A stretch of 64,000 bases of DNA, taken from positions 457,047 to 521,046 of the forward strand of contig DHWB01000004.1 of the NCBI GenBank assembly GCA_002412965.1. Direction: 5' to 3'. This DNA is from Desulfomicrobium sp. UBA5193. Lineage in GTDB: Bacteria > Desulfobacterota > Desulfovibrionia > Desulfovibrionales > Desulfomicrobiaceae. The position numbers were made by a program, and so were the translations under genes. Each line of letters begins with the position of its first letter. Position 1 is the first letter of the stretch. Shown in pieces: positions 1-9,478 of this stretch. The notes beneath the pieces are model-generated. The model was not told where the DNA came from, ran no database searches, and was given only the letters and a program-made list of their open reading frames with translations.

Positions 1-63
1 GGCTTGGGCTTGTCATCCCGATCGCGGCCAAAAGGCGTGAAAAAAGGCCCCGAAGGGCCTTCA

Positions 64-1368
64 TTACTGCAGCTTGGAAGTGATGTTGTCCTTGATCCAG
101 TGGTCGTCCCACCATTCGATGGGCTGAATCTCGATTCCGGAGATGAGCATGCCGAAATGCAGATGATCGCCGCCTGCCATGCCGGTGGCTCCGGTTTTGC
201 CGATGATCTGTCCGCGTTGGACGGTCTCACCTTTGTGCACATGGATTTCGCTCAAATGCGAGTACAGGGACTGGACTCCAAATCCGTGGTCGATGACCAC
301 CACATTGCCGTAAATGCCCATGAATTCCGCCAGGATTATGCGACCCGTGTTGCCGGCGGGAACAGGCGAGGTGGCAAGGGATGCCAGATCCACGCCGAGG
401 TGGGTCTGGTTGTCCACGGCGTTGCCCTGGTACATGTAGGTGCGGTTGTCGGCGAAACCGGCCATGGGCGCGCTGTTGGGCAGGCGGATGAAGGATCCGT
501 CCCAGAGTTTCTGTGGAACCGTGTCCTTGCCGAGCTGGAGCAGGAAGTTGACGTTCTTGGCGCGCAATTCCGAATTGACCTTGAGAAAGATGTCGATGGG
601 CTGGGGCAGATCAGGATAGATGTCCGCGAACTGGCCCATCTTGGACTGCAGAAAGGTGTCGGAAATGTTTATGCTGTCATGCTTGAACTTCTTGGGCAGG
701 GGCCGAAAGAAAAAGCCGACCGAGACTTCGTTGCCCGCAAGGTCGCTGGCCACGAGGGTCGGAGTCACGGCCTTGGGGTCCAGATTGTAAGGGATGGCGA
801 AGAAGCACAGATATTTTCCGGGCTGATAAGGGTAGCCCGGAAAAAAGATATCGCCCATCTTCACTCCGCTCTTGGCCAGTTCCTCGTTCGTGCTGTAAAC
901 GAGAAGCCCGGCGCCGCCATGATTGACGTTGTGCTGCCCGGAGAGGACCGAGATCACGGGCGGTTTTGAGTCGATGCTCATTTCGCGTACGATCTGGGCC
1001 CGGTTGCCTCGTCCCAGACGATGCCACGAAGTGTCCTTGACCGTGACCGTCAGGGTCAGCGGCTCATTTTTGAGCCCCGCCTTGGTGAGGGAGATTTCTT
1101 CGCGCAGTTCCTTGGTGCCTTCGGGCAGGGATTTGTTCACGAGATCGACGGTGTTTCCGCCCTGAGCGACCACCACCTGCAGGCTGCGTAAATCGGAATC
1201 CGTGTCCGCGGCCGTGATCGTGAAGACCGTCTTGGCGCTGGCAGTGGATTGCTCGGGCGTCAGGGTCAGGGTCGGGGGAGTCCACTCGCCCTTGACGTAA
1301 TAGAGGGCTCCCAAAGCTCCGATCAAGAGCAGGGCGACAAAAGAAAAGGCGGAAGAGATACGGTTCAT
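64..1368 (-). CDS. M23 family metallopeptidase with N-terminal membrane anchor
   Basis: C-terminal HLGVD (HxxxD) and HLH zinc motifs, YGNVVVIDHG...YSHL signature, hydrophobic N-terminus. Confidence 0.9.
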   Translation of the reverse strand: MNRISSAFSFVALLLIGALGALYYVKGEWTPPTLTLTPEQSTASAKTVFTITAADTDSDLRSLQVVVAQGGNTVDLVNKSLPEGTKELREEISLTKAGLKNEPLTLTVTVKDTSWHRLGRGNRAQIVREMSIDSKPPVISVLSGQHNVNHGGAGLLVYSTNEELAKSGVKMGDIFFPGYPYQPGKYLCFFAIPYNLDPKAVTPTLVASDLAGNEVSVGFFFRPLPKKFKHDSINISDTFLQSKMGQFADIYPDLPQPIDIFLKVNSELRAKNVNFLLQLGKDTVPQKLWDGSFIRLPNSAPMAGFADNRTYMYQGNAVDNQTHLGVDLASLATSPVPAGNTGRIILAEFMGIYGNVVVIDHGFGVQSLYSHLSEIHVHKGETVQRGQIIGKTGATGMAGGDHLHFGMLISGIEIQPIEWWDDHWIKDNITSKLQ

Positions 1369-1511
1369 ATCAAATGCTCACTGTTGAGGTCTGTGGATTG
1401 TGGTGTCAGGCTCGCCGGAAGCGTGGCTTGATGGCGTGAGAATGTCTGGAAGCGCCGCCAGGCGTTCCTATGCTACGGGCGAGGTTTGCTTTTGGCAAGT
1501 TTCGGAAATGT

Positions 1512-2336
1512 TCAGCCCTTGAGCAGAAGATTGCCCATGCGATCCAGCAGATCGAAGCGGGCCAGGCTTTGGCGCCACGCTTCGGGGATGGCGTCGAGTC
1601 CATACCAGGCTCCGGCCAACTGTCCGTAGGCGGCCATGGCTCGCGGGCCATGAGGAAGGCACATGAGGCATCCGTCTGCAAAGGAGTCGCTGTTTCGGAA
1701 AGCGTCCATGGCCGCTCCAAGGCTGGCGCAGGCCGGGAATTCCGCCGTCGGTGAGCTGCCGCTGCGCAGTTCCTCGACTTCCGGGCACAGATCACGGGGC
1801 AGGGCCGGACGCAAGACCTGGGCCTTGTCCGTGGCTTCGAGGGCTTCGGAGATCATGGCCGCCAGCAGGCGGCAGGCATCCAGGCTCTGGGGGCCGGAAT
1901 GGGTGGTGCAGGTGGAGCTTGCGCAGGCTTCCAGCATGGATTCACGTGAATCCGAAAAGAAGAGCACGACGGGTGCTACGCGGGCCAGACAGACGTCGCC
2001 CTGGGTCTGGCTTTCGTCTTCAGGGTTCCAGGTCCGCTCAAAACGCAGGGTGGCCTGCTTCACGACTTCATCAATATAATCACATGTTTCAGTGGAACTC
2101 AGGTAGCCGTAGCGAAACCAGCTTGTGTAGCGGACCATCTGGTCGCGCTGGTCGATGCCGTCGCACTCGATCAGGCTCTCGGCCAGGCTGAGGGCCATGG
2201 ACGTTCCGTCGCCCCACAGACCTTCGGGCAGGGACGTCTTTGAGGATATGTCGCCGAGATTCGGTCTGGCCAGGGCTTCGCATACCGCAAGGCCGACGAG
2301 GCATCCAAGCGCCTTGGCTGGCTCAAGCCTTGGCAC
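1512..2336 (-). CDS. ADP-ribosylglycohydrolase (DraG/ARH)-fold protein, metal-binding motifs degenerate
   Basis: GCLVGLAV, TSMALSLAESL, TH, YGQLAGAWYG..AIPEAW motifs; GTG start at 2336 with AGGAGG RBS, overlapping the end of hypC. Confidence 0.8.
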   Translation of the reverse strand: MPRLEPAKALGCLVGLAVCEALARPNLGDISSKTSLPEGLWGDGTSMALSLAESLIECDGIDQRDQMVRYTSWFRYGYLSSTETCDYIDEVVKQATLRFERTWNPEDESQTQGDVCLARVAPVVLFFSDSRESMLEACASSTCTTHSGPQSLDACRLLAAMISEALEATDKAQVLRPALPRDLCPEVEELRSGSSPTAEFPACASLGAAMDAFRNSDSFADGCLMCLPHGPRAMAAYGQLAGAWYGLDAIPEAWRQSLARFDLLDRMGNLLLKG

Positions 2337-2601
2337 GGTCCAGCGCCTCCTGCTCGTATTTTCTTTGAACTTCCTCATAGGCGTTGGCCAAGTCTCGCAG
2401 GATAGTCAGTGATTCCTGCGCTTCTTTCAAGTCGAGCTTGCGGATGGCGAACCCGGCGTGGATGATGACGTAGTCGCCAAACGTGACCTCTTCGTCGAGC
2501 AGCATGAGGGAGGCGGTGACAAAGGTATCTCCTTCGCCGACGCGGCACTGCGCGACGCCGTTTTCGATGACTTCAACCTTGGCGGGAATGGCCAGACACA
2601 T
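2323..2601 (-). CDS. hypC: Hydrogenase maturation chaperone HypC/HupF family
   Basis: MCLAIP N-terminus, GDYVIIHAGFAI motif. Confidence 0.95.
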   Translation of the reverse strand: MCLAIPAKVEVIENGVAQCRVGEGDTFVTASLMLLDEEVTFGDYVIIHAGFAIRKLDLKEAQESLTILRDLANAYEEVQRKYEQEALDRAKA

Positions 2602-2610
2602 GGTGACTCC

Positions 2611-3096
2611 TTAGTTCGGTGTGCAAGATCCGCCGGCGGCTTCGATCTCGCGGATGATGGATTCGATCATGACGGGTATGGACGCGAGCGCTGCAGGCGA
2701 GAGCTCCAGGGCCATGGTATCGTAGTCGAAAGGTTCCATGCCGATGACAATGGCTTCCGGACGATGTCCGACAATCTCGCACATGCCCAGTGTATCGACC
2801 AGATCGGTCTGGTGCATGGAATCGCGGAAGGCCAGACTCTTGCGCAGATCGTCGCCGATGAGCCGATACACGGATCCGGGCTTGTCGTCGCAGAGAACCG
2901 CGTCGCAGACAATCAGAAAATCCGAATCCATGATGGGGCCCATCAGCTTGGTGCCAAGCGTGCCGCCATCCATGAGTGTGACGTTGTCGGAAAAAGTGTA
3001 TTTTTCCTGCATCATTTCAATGCAGCGCACGCCGAGGCCTTCATCGGTGAAAAGAATATTGCCAACGCCAAGAACGAGAATTCGCGTGTCTGTCAT
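2611..3096 (-). CDS. Hydrogenase maturation endopeptidase (HyaD/HybD/HynD family)
   Basis: LGVGNILFTDEGLG, DGGTLG and SMH motifs; directly downstream of the large subunit; ATG at 3096 with GGAAG RBS. Confidence 0.93.
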   Translation of the reverse strand: MTDTRILVLGVGNILFTDEGLGVRCIEMMQEKYTFSDNVTLMDGGTLGTKLMGPIMDSDFLIVCDAVLCDDKPGSVYRLIGDDLRKSLAFRDSMHQTDLVDTLGMCEIVGHRPEAIVIGMEPFDYDTMALELSPAALASIPVMIESIIREIEAAGGSCTPN

Positions 3097-3160
3097 GAAC
3101 ACTTCCATGCTTTGGGGATACGCCCTGCTACGCAATAATGGGGGCTGGTTCAAGGAAAGA

Positions 3161-3186
3161 AAGGGCCCCGATTCCGGGGCCCTTTT
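3161..3186 (-). terminator. Hairpin/terminator after the hydrogenase large subunit gene
   Basis: aagggccccg-attc-cggggccctt, T-rich tail on the minus strand. Confidence 0.7.
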
Positions 3187-3189
3187 GAT

Positions 3190-4899
3190 TTATACGATTT
3201 TGAACTTGCGGACCTGATTGGTCTTGGAATCGATGACATGCACGCCGCAGGCAATGCACGGATCGAAGGAATGAACGGTTCTGAGGATTTCCACCGGACG
3301 TTCCGGATCGGCAATGGGAGTGCCCAGGAGCGCTTCTTCGACAGCGGAGAGCTTGCCGCCCGCGCAACGCGGTCCAAAGTTCCAGGTCGAGGGTACGACC
3401 AACTGGAAGTTTTCGATCTTGCCGCCCTTGATCTTGATCCAGTGGCTGAGTGCGCCGCGAGGAGCGTTGACGTATCCGACGCCTTCCGCTTCATCGGGCA
3501 TCTTCCAATCCTGGTAGATCTTGGTGTCGCCGCTTTTCACGTTTTCGGCCAGTTCATTGACCCAGTCCATGAGCTTGTCGGAGATGACCTTGGTCTCGAT
3601 GCCGCGTGCGGCCGTGCGGCCAAGGGTGGAGAAGAGGGCCGGAGCGCCGACGCCCAGGTAACTGAGCACGTAATCCACGAGCTTCTTCACTTCCGGATGA
3701 CCCTTTCCATAGGCGACCAGGACTGTGGCCAATGGGCCGGTTTCCACGGAGTGGCCGTCATAGCGGGGCGCTTTCATCCAGGAATAGCGGTCCCGATCCT
3801 CGTAGGCTGTGTACTTGGGTTCGGTCACGCCCGTGTAGGGGTGGTGAGCCTTGTCGCCCTGGTACCAGCTGTGGCGGACGTGCTCTTCGATCAGTTTGGG
3901 ATTGAAGTTGCCGACCTTGCCGATGTTGCGGTCCAGGATGACGCCCTGGGGTATCCAGCGGCTGTTGATGTCGCTTTCAACGGCGGGGAATTCGCCAAAG
4001 CTCAGGAAGTTGGTGGTGCCGCCGATGCCGGCCCAATCCTTGTAATAGGACGCCACGGCCAGAAGGTCCGGGATGTAGCATTCGTCGATGAACTGCTTGG
4101 TTTCCTGGAACAGGCCGACGAATTCGGAGATGCGTTCGTTGGTCAAGCTTTCGTAACAGGTCACGCCGCCGACCACAGTGAACTGGGTGTGCGGGTTCTT
4201 GGCGCCGAAAACGGCCATGGCACGTGCCGCCTTGACCTGCAGGTGCAGGGCTTCGAGGTAGTGCGCGGTGGCGATGAGGTTCACTTCGGCGGGCAGGTAG
4301 TAGGCTTTGTGGCCGCCCAGGAAGTAGGCGTTGGTGAAGATGCCGAGCTGGCCGGAATCAACCAGAGCCTTGACTTTGTCCTGCACGGCCTTGAGGTCTT
4401 CGGCCTTGGTCACGCGGGTCGAGATGGAGTTGGCGATGGACGCGGCTTTTTTGGGATCCGCAGTCAGGGCGCCGGTTACATCAACCCAATCCAGGGCATG
4501 CAGGTGATAGAAATGAACGATATGATCGTGCAGGAACTGGGCGGCCAGAACCAGGTTGCGGATCAGACGAGCGTTGTCGGGCAGGTTCTTGTCCACGCCG
4601 ACGGCGTTATCCACGCAGCGGGTCGAGGCCAGGGCATGGGTGTACGTGCAGACGCCGCAGGAACGCTGGGTGAAATGCTGTGCGTCACGCGGGTCACGCC
4701 CTTTGAGGATCAGTTCCAGACCACGGAAGAGCTGTGAGCTGGACCACACGTTGGTGACCTTGCCCTGATCCACTTCCACTTCGATTTTCAGATGGCCTTC
4801 GATGCGGGTAACGGGGTCCACCACGATGGGCCCCTTAAAGGTTTTATCCATGGGGGTGGCGATGACACCCGGGGCTTGGTTGGGTTTGCAACCGGACAT
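3190..4899 (-). CDS. hynA: Periplasmic [NiFe] hydrogenase large subunit (hynA in D. vulgaris nomenclature)
   Basis: RIEGH, RSCGVC (L1) and DPCIACGVH (L2, Cys not Sec) motifs, cleavable C-terminal tail. Confidence 0.97.
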   Translation of the reverse strand: MSGCKPNQAPGVIATPMDKTFKGPIVVDPVTRIEGHLKIEVEVDQGKVTNVWSSSQLFRGLELILKGRDPRDAQHFTQRSCGVCTYTHALASTRCVDNAVGVDKNLPDNARLIRNLVLAAQFLHDHIVHFYHLHALDWVDVTGALTADPKKAASIANSISTRVTKAEDLKAVQDKVKALVDSGQLGIFTNAYFLGGHKAYYLPAEVNLIATAHYLEALHLQVKAARAMAVFGAKNPHTQFTVVGGVTCYESLTNERISEFVGLFQETKQFIDECYIPDLLAVASYYKDWAGIGGTTNFLSFGEFPAVESDINSRWIPQGVILDRNIGKVGNFNPKLIEEHVRHSWYQGDKAHHPYTGVTEPKYTAYEDRDRYSWMKAPRYDGHSVETGPLATVLVAYGKGHPEVKKLVDYVLSYLGVGAPALFSTLGRTAARGIETKVISDKLMDWVNELAENVKSGDTKIYQDWKMPDEAEGVGYVNAPRGALSHWIKIKGGKIENFQLVVPSTWNFGPRCAGGKLSAVEEALLGTPIADPERPVEILRTVHSFDPCIACGVHVIDSKTNQVRKFKIV

Positions 4900-4950
4900 A
4901 TGTACTCTCCTCTGGATTCAGTAAAAGTTGAGCCTGACGCAAGTGCCGTT

Positions 4951-5910
4951 TTACGCTTCTTCGTAGAAGGGTGAGGCGGTGTCCCAGAAATCGGGTTCAC
5001 TGCACCCGATGCATGGATGACCAGCCTGAACCGGCCAGTTTGTCTGGTTGAACTTGACCTTGGGACAGTTGTTGTAGGTGGTGGGGCCTTTGCAGCCGAG
5101 ATGCGCCAGGCACCAACCCTTGCGTGCTTCTTCAGAACCAAAGGAGGGGGCGAATTCGCCGGCTTCGTAATGAGGCAGACGTTCGCATTGTTCGTGCACG
5201 GTTTCGCCGAAGAACATGATCGGGCGGTTCAAGTCGTCCATTTCCGGGATGGCCAGACTGTGGGTCAGCAGGTGGACGATGGTTCCAACCAGGTTGTACG
5301 GGTTGGGAGGACAGCCGGGGATGTTCACGGCGTTGACGCCCAGGTGCTTGAGGGCGTCGTTGATCCCTTTGGCATCGGTCGGATTCGGCTTGGCCGCCTG
5401 TACGCCGCCATAGGTGGCGCAGGTGCCGTACGAGATGACTGCGATGGCCTTGGGCAGGATTTCGGAGTTGATTTCGAGCATGGTGCGTCCGCCGACCATG
5501 CCGTAGATGCCGTTGTCCTTCGTCGGGATGGCGCCTTCAACGACACACAGGAATCCGTTGGGGGAGTTTACGGCCTGATGCAGTGCTTCTTCTGCCTTGT
5601 GGCCTGCGGCGGCCATGATGGTTTCGTGGTAGTCGAGGCTGATCGTGTCGAGAATCAGGTCGTCGATAAAGGGACGAACAGCACGCAGAATGGATTCTGA
5701 ACAGCCTGTGCATTCCGCGTTATGCAGCCAGACCACGGAAGGTCGTTTGGGAGAGGTCAATGCCAGGGCGATTTTGTTGGCAAACGACGCCTCCATACCC
5801 ATGACCGCGGCGATGGTGGAACAGAACTTCATGAAATCTCGGCGTGAGACTCCACTTTTTTCCAGCCGCTCCTCGGCCCCGGGTTTGCCTAAACCTACGG
5901 AAAACTTCAT
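4951..5910 (-). CDS. hynB: Periplasmic [NiFe] hydrogenase small subunit with Tat signal (hynB in D. vulgaris nomenclature)
   Basis: SRRDFMK twin-arginine motif, ECTGC, GCPP, and [10 protein letters not shown] (Pro typical of the medial 3Fe-4S site). Confidence 0.97.
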   Translation of the reverse strand: MKFSVGLGKPGAEERLEKSGVSRRDFMKFCSTIAAVMGMEASFANKIALALTSPKRPSVVWLHNAECTGCSESILRAVRPFIDDLILDTISLDYHETIMAAAGHKAEEALHQAVNSPNGFLCVVEGAIPTKDNGIYGMVGGRTMLEINSEILPKAIAVISYGTCATYGGVQAAKPNPTDAKGINDALKHLGVNAVNIPGCPPNPYNLVGTIVHLLTHSLAIPEMDDLNRPIMFFGETVHEQCERLPHYEAGEFAPSFGSEEARKGWCLAHLGCKGPTTYNNCPKVKFNQTNWPVQAGHPCIGCSEPDFWDTASPFYEEA

Positions 5911-6370
5911 AACACACCTCCATCAGTGTATGAATAAAAAAGACAGCCAACAATTTTGTTGATCTGTCGTGTCCACAAGTAGAGCAAAGCACAGAATTTC
6001 TCTTTCCTTTCCTGTAACATAGGTAATTGTTCGGGGTCAATAGGGATTCATAAAAAAAACAAGTAGTATCTGTAATTTAGATCAAAAAGATACATACATA
6101 TCGCCCTGAGTTATTTGACGGGACATGGTGTTACTTATGAGAATTGCGTGTGACGCTATTTTCTCGGCCCGAGAGCTTTGAAAACAGGGCGGTCCTGGGG
6201 TCTGCTTCATGAAATGGAGCACATTTCCTTGGCGGGCTGAGGCGCCAGTTTTTCTTGTCCCGCCGCGTAAAGCGCGGTTCCCATTCTTGAACTTAGGCCA
6301 AAGCCTGCGTAGTGGTACCATGAGTCGCCATGACTGATTTCGGTAGCACCCTTTTGCCAGGAGATGCCAC

Positions 6371-7030
6371 ATGGATAAGCAGATTATTCTCGATGCCTTC
6401 ATGTTTCGCCATGCATGCAAGGAATTTGACCCCGACGCGGTGATCCCGGAAGAGGATTTTCTGTTCATCCTTGAAACGGCCCGCCTCTCTCCGAGTTCCT
6501 TCGGGTTTGAGCCCTGGCAGTTTCTGGTGGTGCAGGACATGAATCTGCGCAAGAAGCTCCTGCCCCACACATGGGGCGGCAAGATGCAGATTCCGACGGC
6601 CAGTCACTATCTGGTCTGCCTGGCTATGAAGACGCCCCTGCTCAAGTTCGACAGCGTCGGAATCGCCGATTTCATGCGCCAGATCCAGGAACTGCCCGAG
6701 GATCGGATCACGGCTCGCACGGAGTACTATGCCACCTTTCAGCAGTCCGACTTTCGCCTCCTCGACAGCGACCGGGCCATGTTCGACTGGGCCTGCAAGC
6801 AGTGCTACATCGCACAGGCCAACATGATGACGGCGGCGGCGCTGATCGGCATTGACTCCTGTCCGATCGAAGGGTTCGCGCAGGACAAGGTGGATGAGGT
6901 GCTGGCGGAAGATTTCGGCGTGGACCTGAACGAGTACGGCGTGGCCTACATGCTGGCCTTCGGCTACCGGGTGAAGACTCCCAAGCGAAAGACGCGCAGG
7001 CCGCTTAAGCAGATGGTGAGCTGGTTCTAA
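6371..7030 (+). CDS. Nitroreductase family NAD(P)H-dependent oxidoreductase
   Basis: RHACKEFD, RLSPSSFGFEPW, GIDSCPIEGF motifs; AGGAG RBS. Confidence 0.92.
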   Translation: MDKQIILDAFMFRHACKEFDPDAVIPEEDFLFILETARLSPSSFGFEPWQFLVVQDMNLRKKLLPHTWGGKMQIPTASHYLVCLAMKTPLLKFDSVGIADFMRQIQELPEDRITARTEYYATFQQSDFRLLDSDRAMFDWACKQCYIAQANMMTAAALIGIDSCPIEGFAQDKVDEVLAEDFGVDLNEYGVAYMLAFGYRVKTPKRKTRRPLKQMVSWF

Positions 7031-7840
7031 ATGTTCATGGACGAGCTGGAAAAAGAGGAACCCGGGTCGGAGAAGCACTCCATCGCGGAGGTTTCCAAAT
7101 ACTGCATGGCCACGGACCTGGGGCTGGAGTGCGTGTGCTCCAGGCGCTCCACGGTCAAGGTGGGCACCGGCACGACCGTCAAGAAGGAGGACAGCACCCT
7201 CTATTATTATGCCAAGCAGATCGACGACGACCTCTTGGCCGTGCAGTCCCTCAATTCCCACTGGGCGCCTTCGGGTCCCGCCCAGGAGGTGACCATGACG
7301 GAGCTCATCACCCAGTATCAGCCCGAAGTGGACATGTTCCTGAAGCAGGTCAAACCTGTGATGCAGAAAATCGCCAAGGCCGTGGCCAAGGGAGACAGGC
7401 ACCGCAACAACGGAGAGCCTTTTTCAGCGGCCATGGAGTACAACAATGCCCTGGGCCTCGATGAAAAAAACGTGCGGGCCTTGTTCGGATTGGGCCTGAC
7501 CTATCTGCAGTACAATCAGCACGACAAGGCCAAGGCGGTTTTCGAGGAGCTCATCGGCTTGGACGGGTTCGCGTCGGCGGAGTTCAAGCATCTCTTCAAC
7601 CAGTTCGGGATAGAGCTGCGCAAGCAGGACATGGTGGAGCAGGCGTGCAGATATTATTCCCGGGCCATCGAAGTCTGCAAGACCGACGAGAATCTGTATT
7701 TCAACTTGGCCAGAGCCTATCTTCAAGGAGGGCAGCTCTGCGAGGCGGAGACCGCCCTGGAAATGTGCCTGTTCCTCAATCCGGCGCATGAAGAGGCGCA
7801 AAAGTTCAAGAGATATATTTCTTCCGTTTCCTTAAGCTGA
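7031..7840 (+). CDS. Tetratricopeptide repeat protein
   Basis: TPR helices (NVRALFGLGLTY, DENLYFNLARAY); start may be 7037. Confidence 0.8.
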   Translation: MFMDELEKEEPGSEKHSIAEVSKYCMATDLGLECVCSRRSTVKVGTGTTVKKEDSTLYYYAKQIDDDLLAVQSLNSHWAPSGPAQEVTMTELITQYQPEVDMFLKQVKPVMQKIAKAVAKGDRHRNNGEPFSAAMEYNNALGLDEKNVRALFGLGLTYLQYNQHDKAKAVFEELIGLDGFASAEFKHLFNQFGIELRKQDMVEQACRYYSRAIEVCKTDENLYFNLARAYLQGGQLCEAETALEMCLFLNPAHEEAQKFKRYISSVSLS

Positions 7841-9004
7841 TCAATGCCCGCTACGGAATTCGTATATTCCCACACCCAGCAGCAGGCACAGCATGGCGAG
7901 TCCCGAACCGGTCACGCCCGCCCATCCGAAGTGCTTGAAGCCATACCCCATGACCGTGATCCCCGCTGACCCGCCCAGATAATACCACAGAATATAGAGT
8001 GAATTGGCCCTCCCCCGGCTTGCGGAGAGCTTGCGGTTCATGCTGCCGACCGCGGCGGCATGAATGGCGAAAAAGCCCGCGCAGGCCAGGCCCAGGCTCA
8101 GGCAGATCACGGCCAGGTGTGGCACGTGGCTGAGCATGAGGGCTGTGCCCAAGGTCAGGGAGCCAAGAATCATGGTCAGACCGTTGCCGAAGCGGTTGCT
8201 GAATCTTCCGGACAGGGGCGCGATGATCACGCCGACGATGTAGGTCAGGTACAAGAGGGTGATGAGGTTTGTGCTGGCTGAAAACGGAGGCTCGCTCAGA
8301 TAAAAGGGCAGATAGTTGAATGTCGCGCCGAAGACGAACAGAGCCCCGAACCCGACCAGAAAGATCCGCAGCAGGTCGGGCCTGCGCATGAGTTCAAGGT
8401 AGCCGGGGCCGGCGCCGGGTTTTTCGGCCGGCCGCTCTTCTTCGGGCAGAAGCCGGACGGCGGCCACGGCCGTTATCAGGACCATGATCGAAGCCGTGAC
8501 AAAGGCGTAGCGCCAGTGCAGGGGCGGATGAATCCAGCCGCCAAGGAGCCTTCCGCCCAGCCCTCCGACCACGGTGGCTGAAACGTAGGAGCCCATGACC
8601 ACGTTGAGGCGTTCCACGGGTAGGTTGCGGGCCAGGTACGTGGCCAGACAGGTGGTCAGGGCCGGAATGAAGAGGCCTTGCAGCAGGCGCAGGGCGATGA
8701 TGATGTCGATGTCGTCGATCAGGGCGCAGGCGATTCCCGCACCGGCGACCACGGCTCCGCCCAGGATGATGAACGGCTTGACCGGGTACATGTCGGCCAA
8801 GCGTCCGAACACGAGGGTGGAAAAGGCCACGCCGAGGATGACCATGGACACGGTCTGGGCCGCCTTGGCGATGGACACTCCAAACTCGGCCTGCAGCACA
8901 GGCAGGACGGGCTGGACCAGATAGATGGTGGTGAAGCTGGCGGAGACCAGGGCGAAGACCAGGGCCTGCAGGGCCAGAGGAGAGATGAGCTTCTTGTCCG
9001 TCAT
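7841..9004 (-). CDS. MFS transporter, YnfM-like
   Basis: About 12 hydrophobic segments, QPVLP, GRLAD, GGLGGR, YYLGGS motifs. Confidence 0.9.
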   Translation of the reverse strand: MTDKKLISPLALQALVFALVSASFTTIYLVQPVLPVLQAEFGVSIAKAAQTVSMVILGVAFSTLVFGRLADMYPVKPFIILGGAVVAGAGIACALIDDIDIIIALRLLQGLFIPALTTCLATYLARNLPVERLNVVMGSYVSATVVGGLGGRLLGGWIHPPLHWRYAFVTASIMVLITAVAAVRLLPEEERPAEKPGAGPGYLELMRRPDLLRIFLVGFGALFVFGATFNYLPFYLSEPPFSASTNLITLLYLTYIVGVIIAPLSGRFSNRFGNGLTMILGSLTLGTALMLSHVPHLAVICLSLGLACAGFFAIHAAAVGSMNRKLSASRGRANSLYILWYYLGGSAGITVMGYGFKHFGWAGVTGSGLAMLCLLLGVGIYEFRSGH

Positions 9005-9010
9005 GGCGCG

Positions 9011-9436
9011 CTATGAAGCATCAACAAGTCTCATGCAGACATGGGGGATGCCCGCTTCCATGAATTCCTCTCCGCAGAGCGTGAATCCGTTGCGGGCGTA
9101 AAAGCCCTGAGCCTGTGTCTGGGCGTGCAGCGAGAAGCAGTGAAAGCCGTTTCTGCGGCTTTCTTCGAGCATGAAACCAAGCAACTCGTTGCCGAGTCCC
9201 TGGCCTCGCCAGGCGCGGCGAATGGCCAGACGTTGAAAAATGGCCCCGTCGCCCGTGTAGCGGACTCGTCCGCAGGCCACGGGTTCGCCGTCCACTACGC
9301 CAAGGATGTGCAGGGCCGCGTAGTCGTATTCATCCATTTCTAGGGCATAGGGGATGCCCTGCTCTTCCATGAAGACAATGGCCCGGACCATGAAAACCTG
9401 ACGCAAGTCCTCCGGAGTGTGTACGCGTTTGAACAT
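9011..9436 (-). CDS. GNAT N-acetyltransferase (YjcF/ElaA-like)
   Basis: VF.EEQ, RGQGLG acetyl-CoA loop, LHAQ, FY...GF, EAGIPH. Confidence 0.9.
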   Translation of the reverse strand: MFKRVHTPEDLRQVFMVRAIVFMEEQGIPYALEMDEYDYAALHILGVVDGEPVACGRVRYTGDGAIFQRLAIRRAWRGQGLGNELLGFMLEESRRNGFHCFSLHAQTQAQGFYARNGFTLCGEEFMEAGIPHVCMRLVDAS

Positions 9437-9478
9437 GGGTACGCTCGTAAAAGCGCCGCACTTGGGTGCGGCGCCGTG

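Noticed and set aside
3190..3270. Possible [NiFeSe] hydrogenase
   Set aside because: The L2 motif is DPCIAC with a Cys codon and no in-frame UGA; the small subunit has the Pro typical of a 3Fe-4S medial site
3238..4737. Long antisense ORFs (this one, 15116-16711, 18909-20519, 54282-56072 and similar)
   Set aside because: Typical stop-poor shadow frames opposite GC3-rich genes, with no motifs
5911..6370. Specific regulator or sigma54 sites upstream of the hydrogenase operon
   Set aside because: AT-rich promoter region, but only half-sites seen and no correctly spaced GG-N10-GC motif
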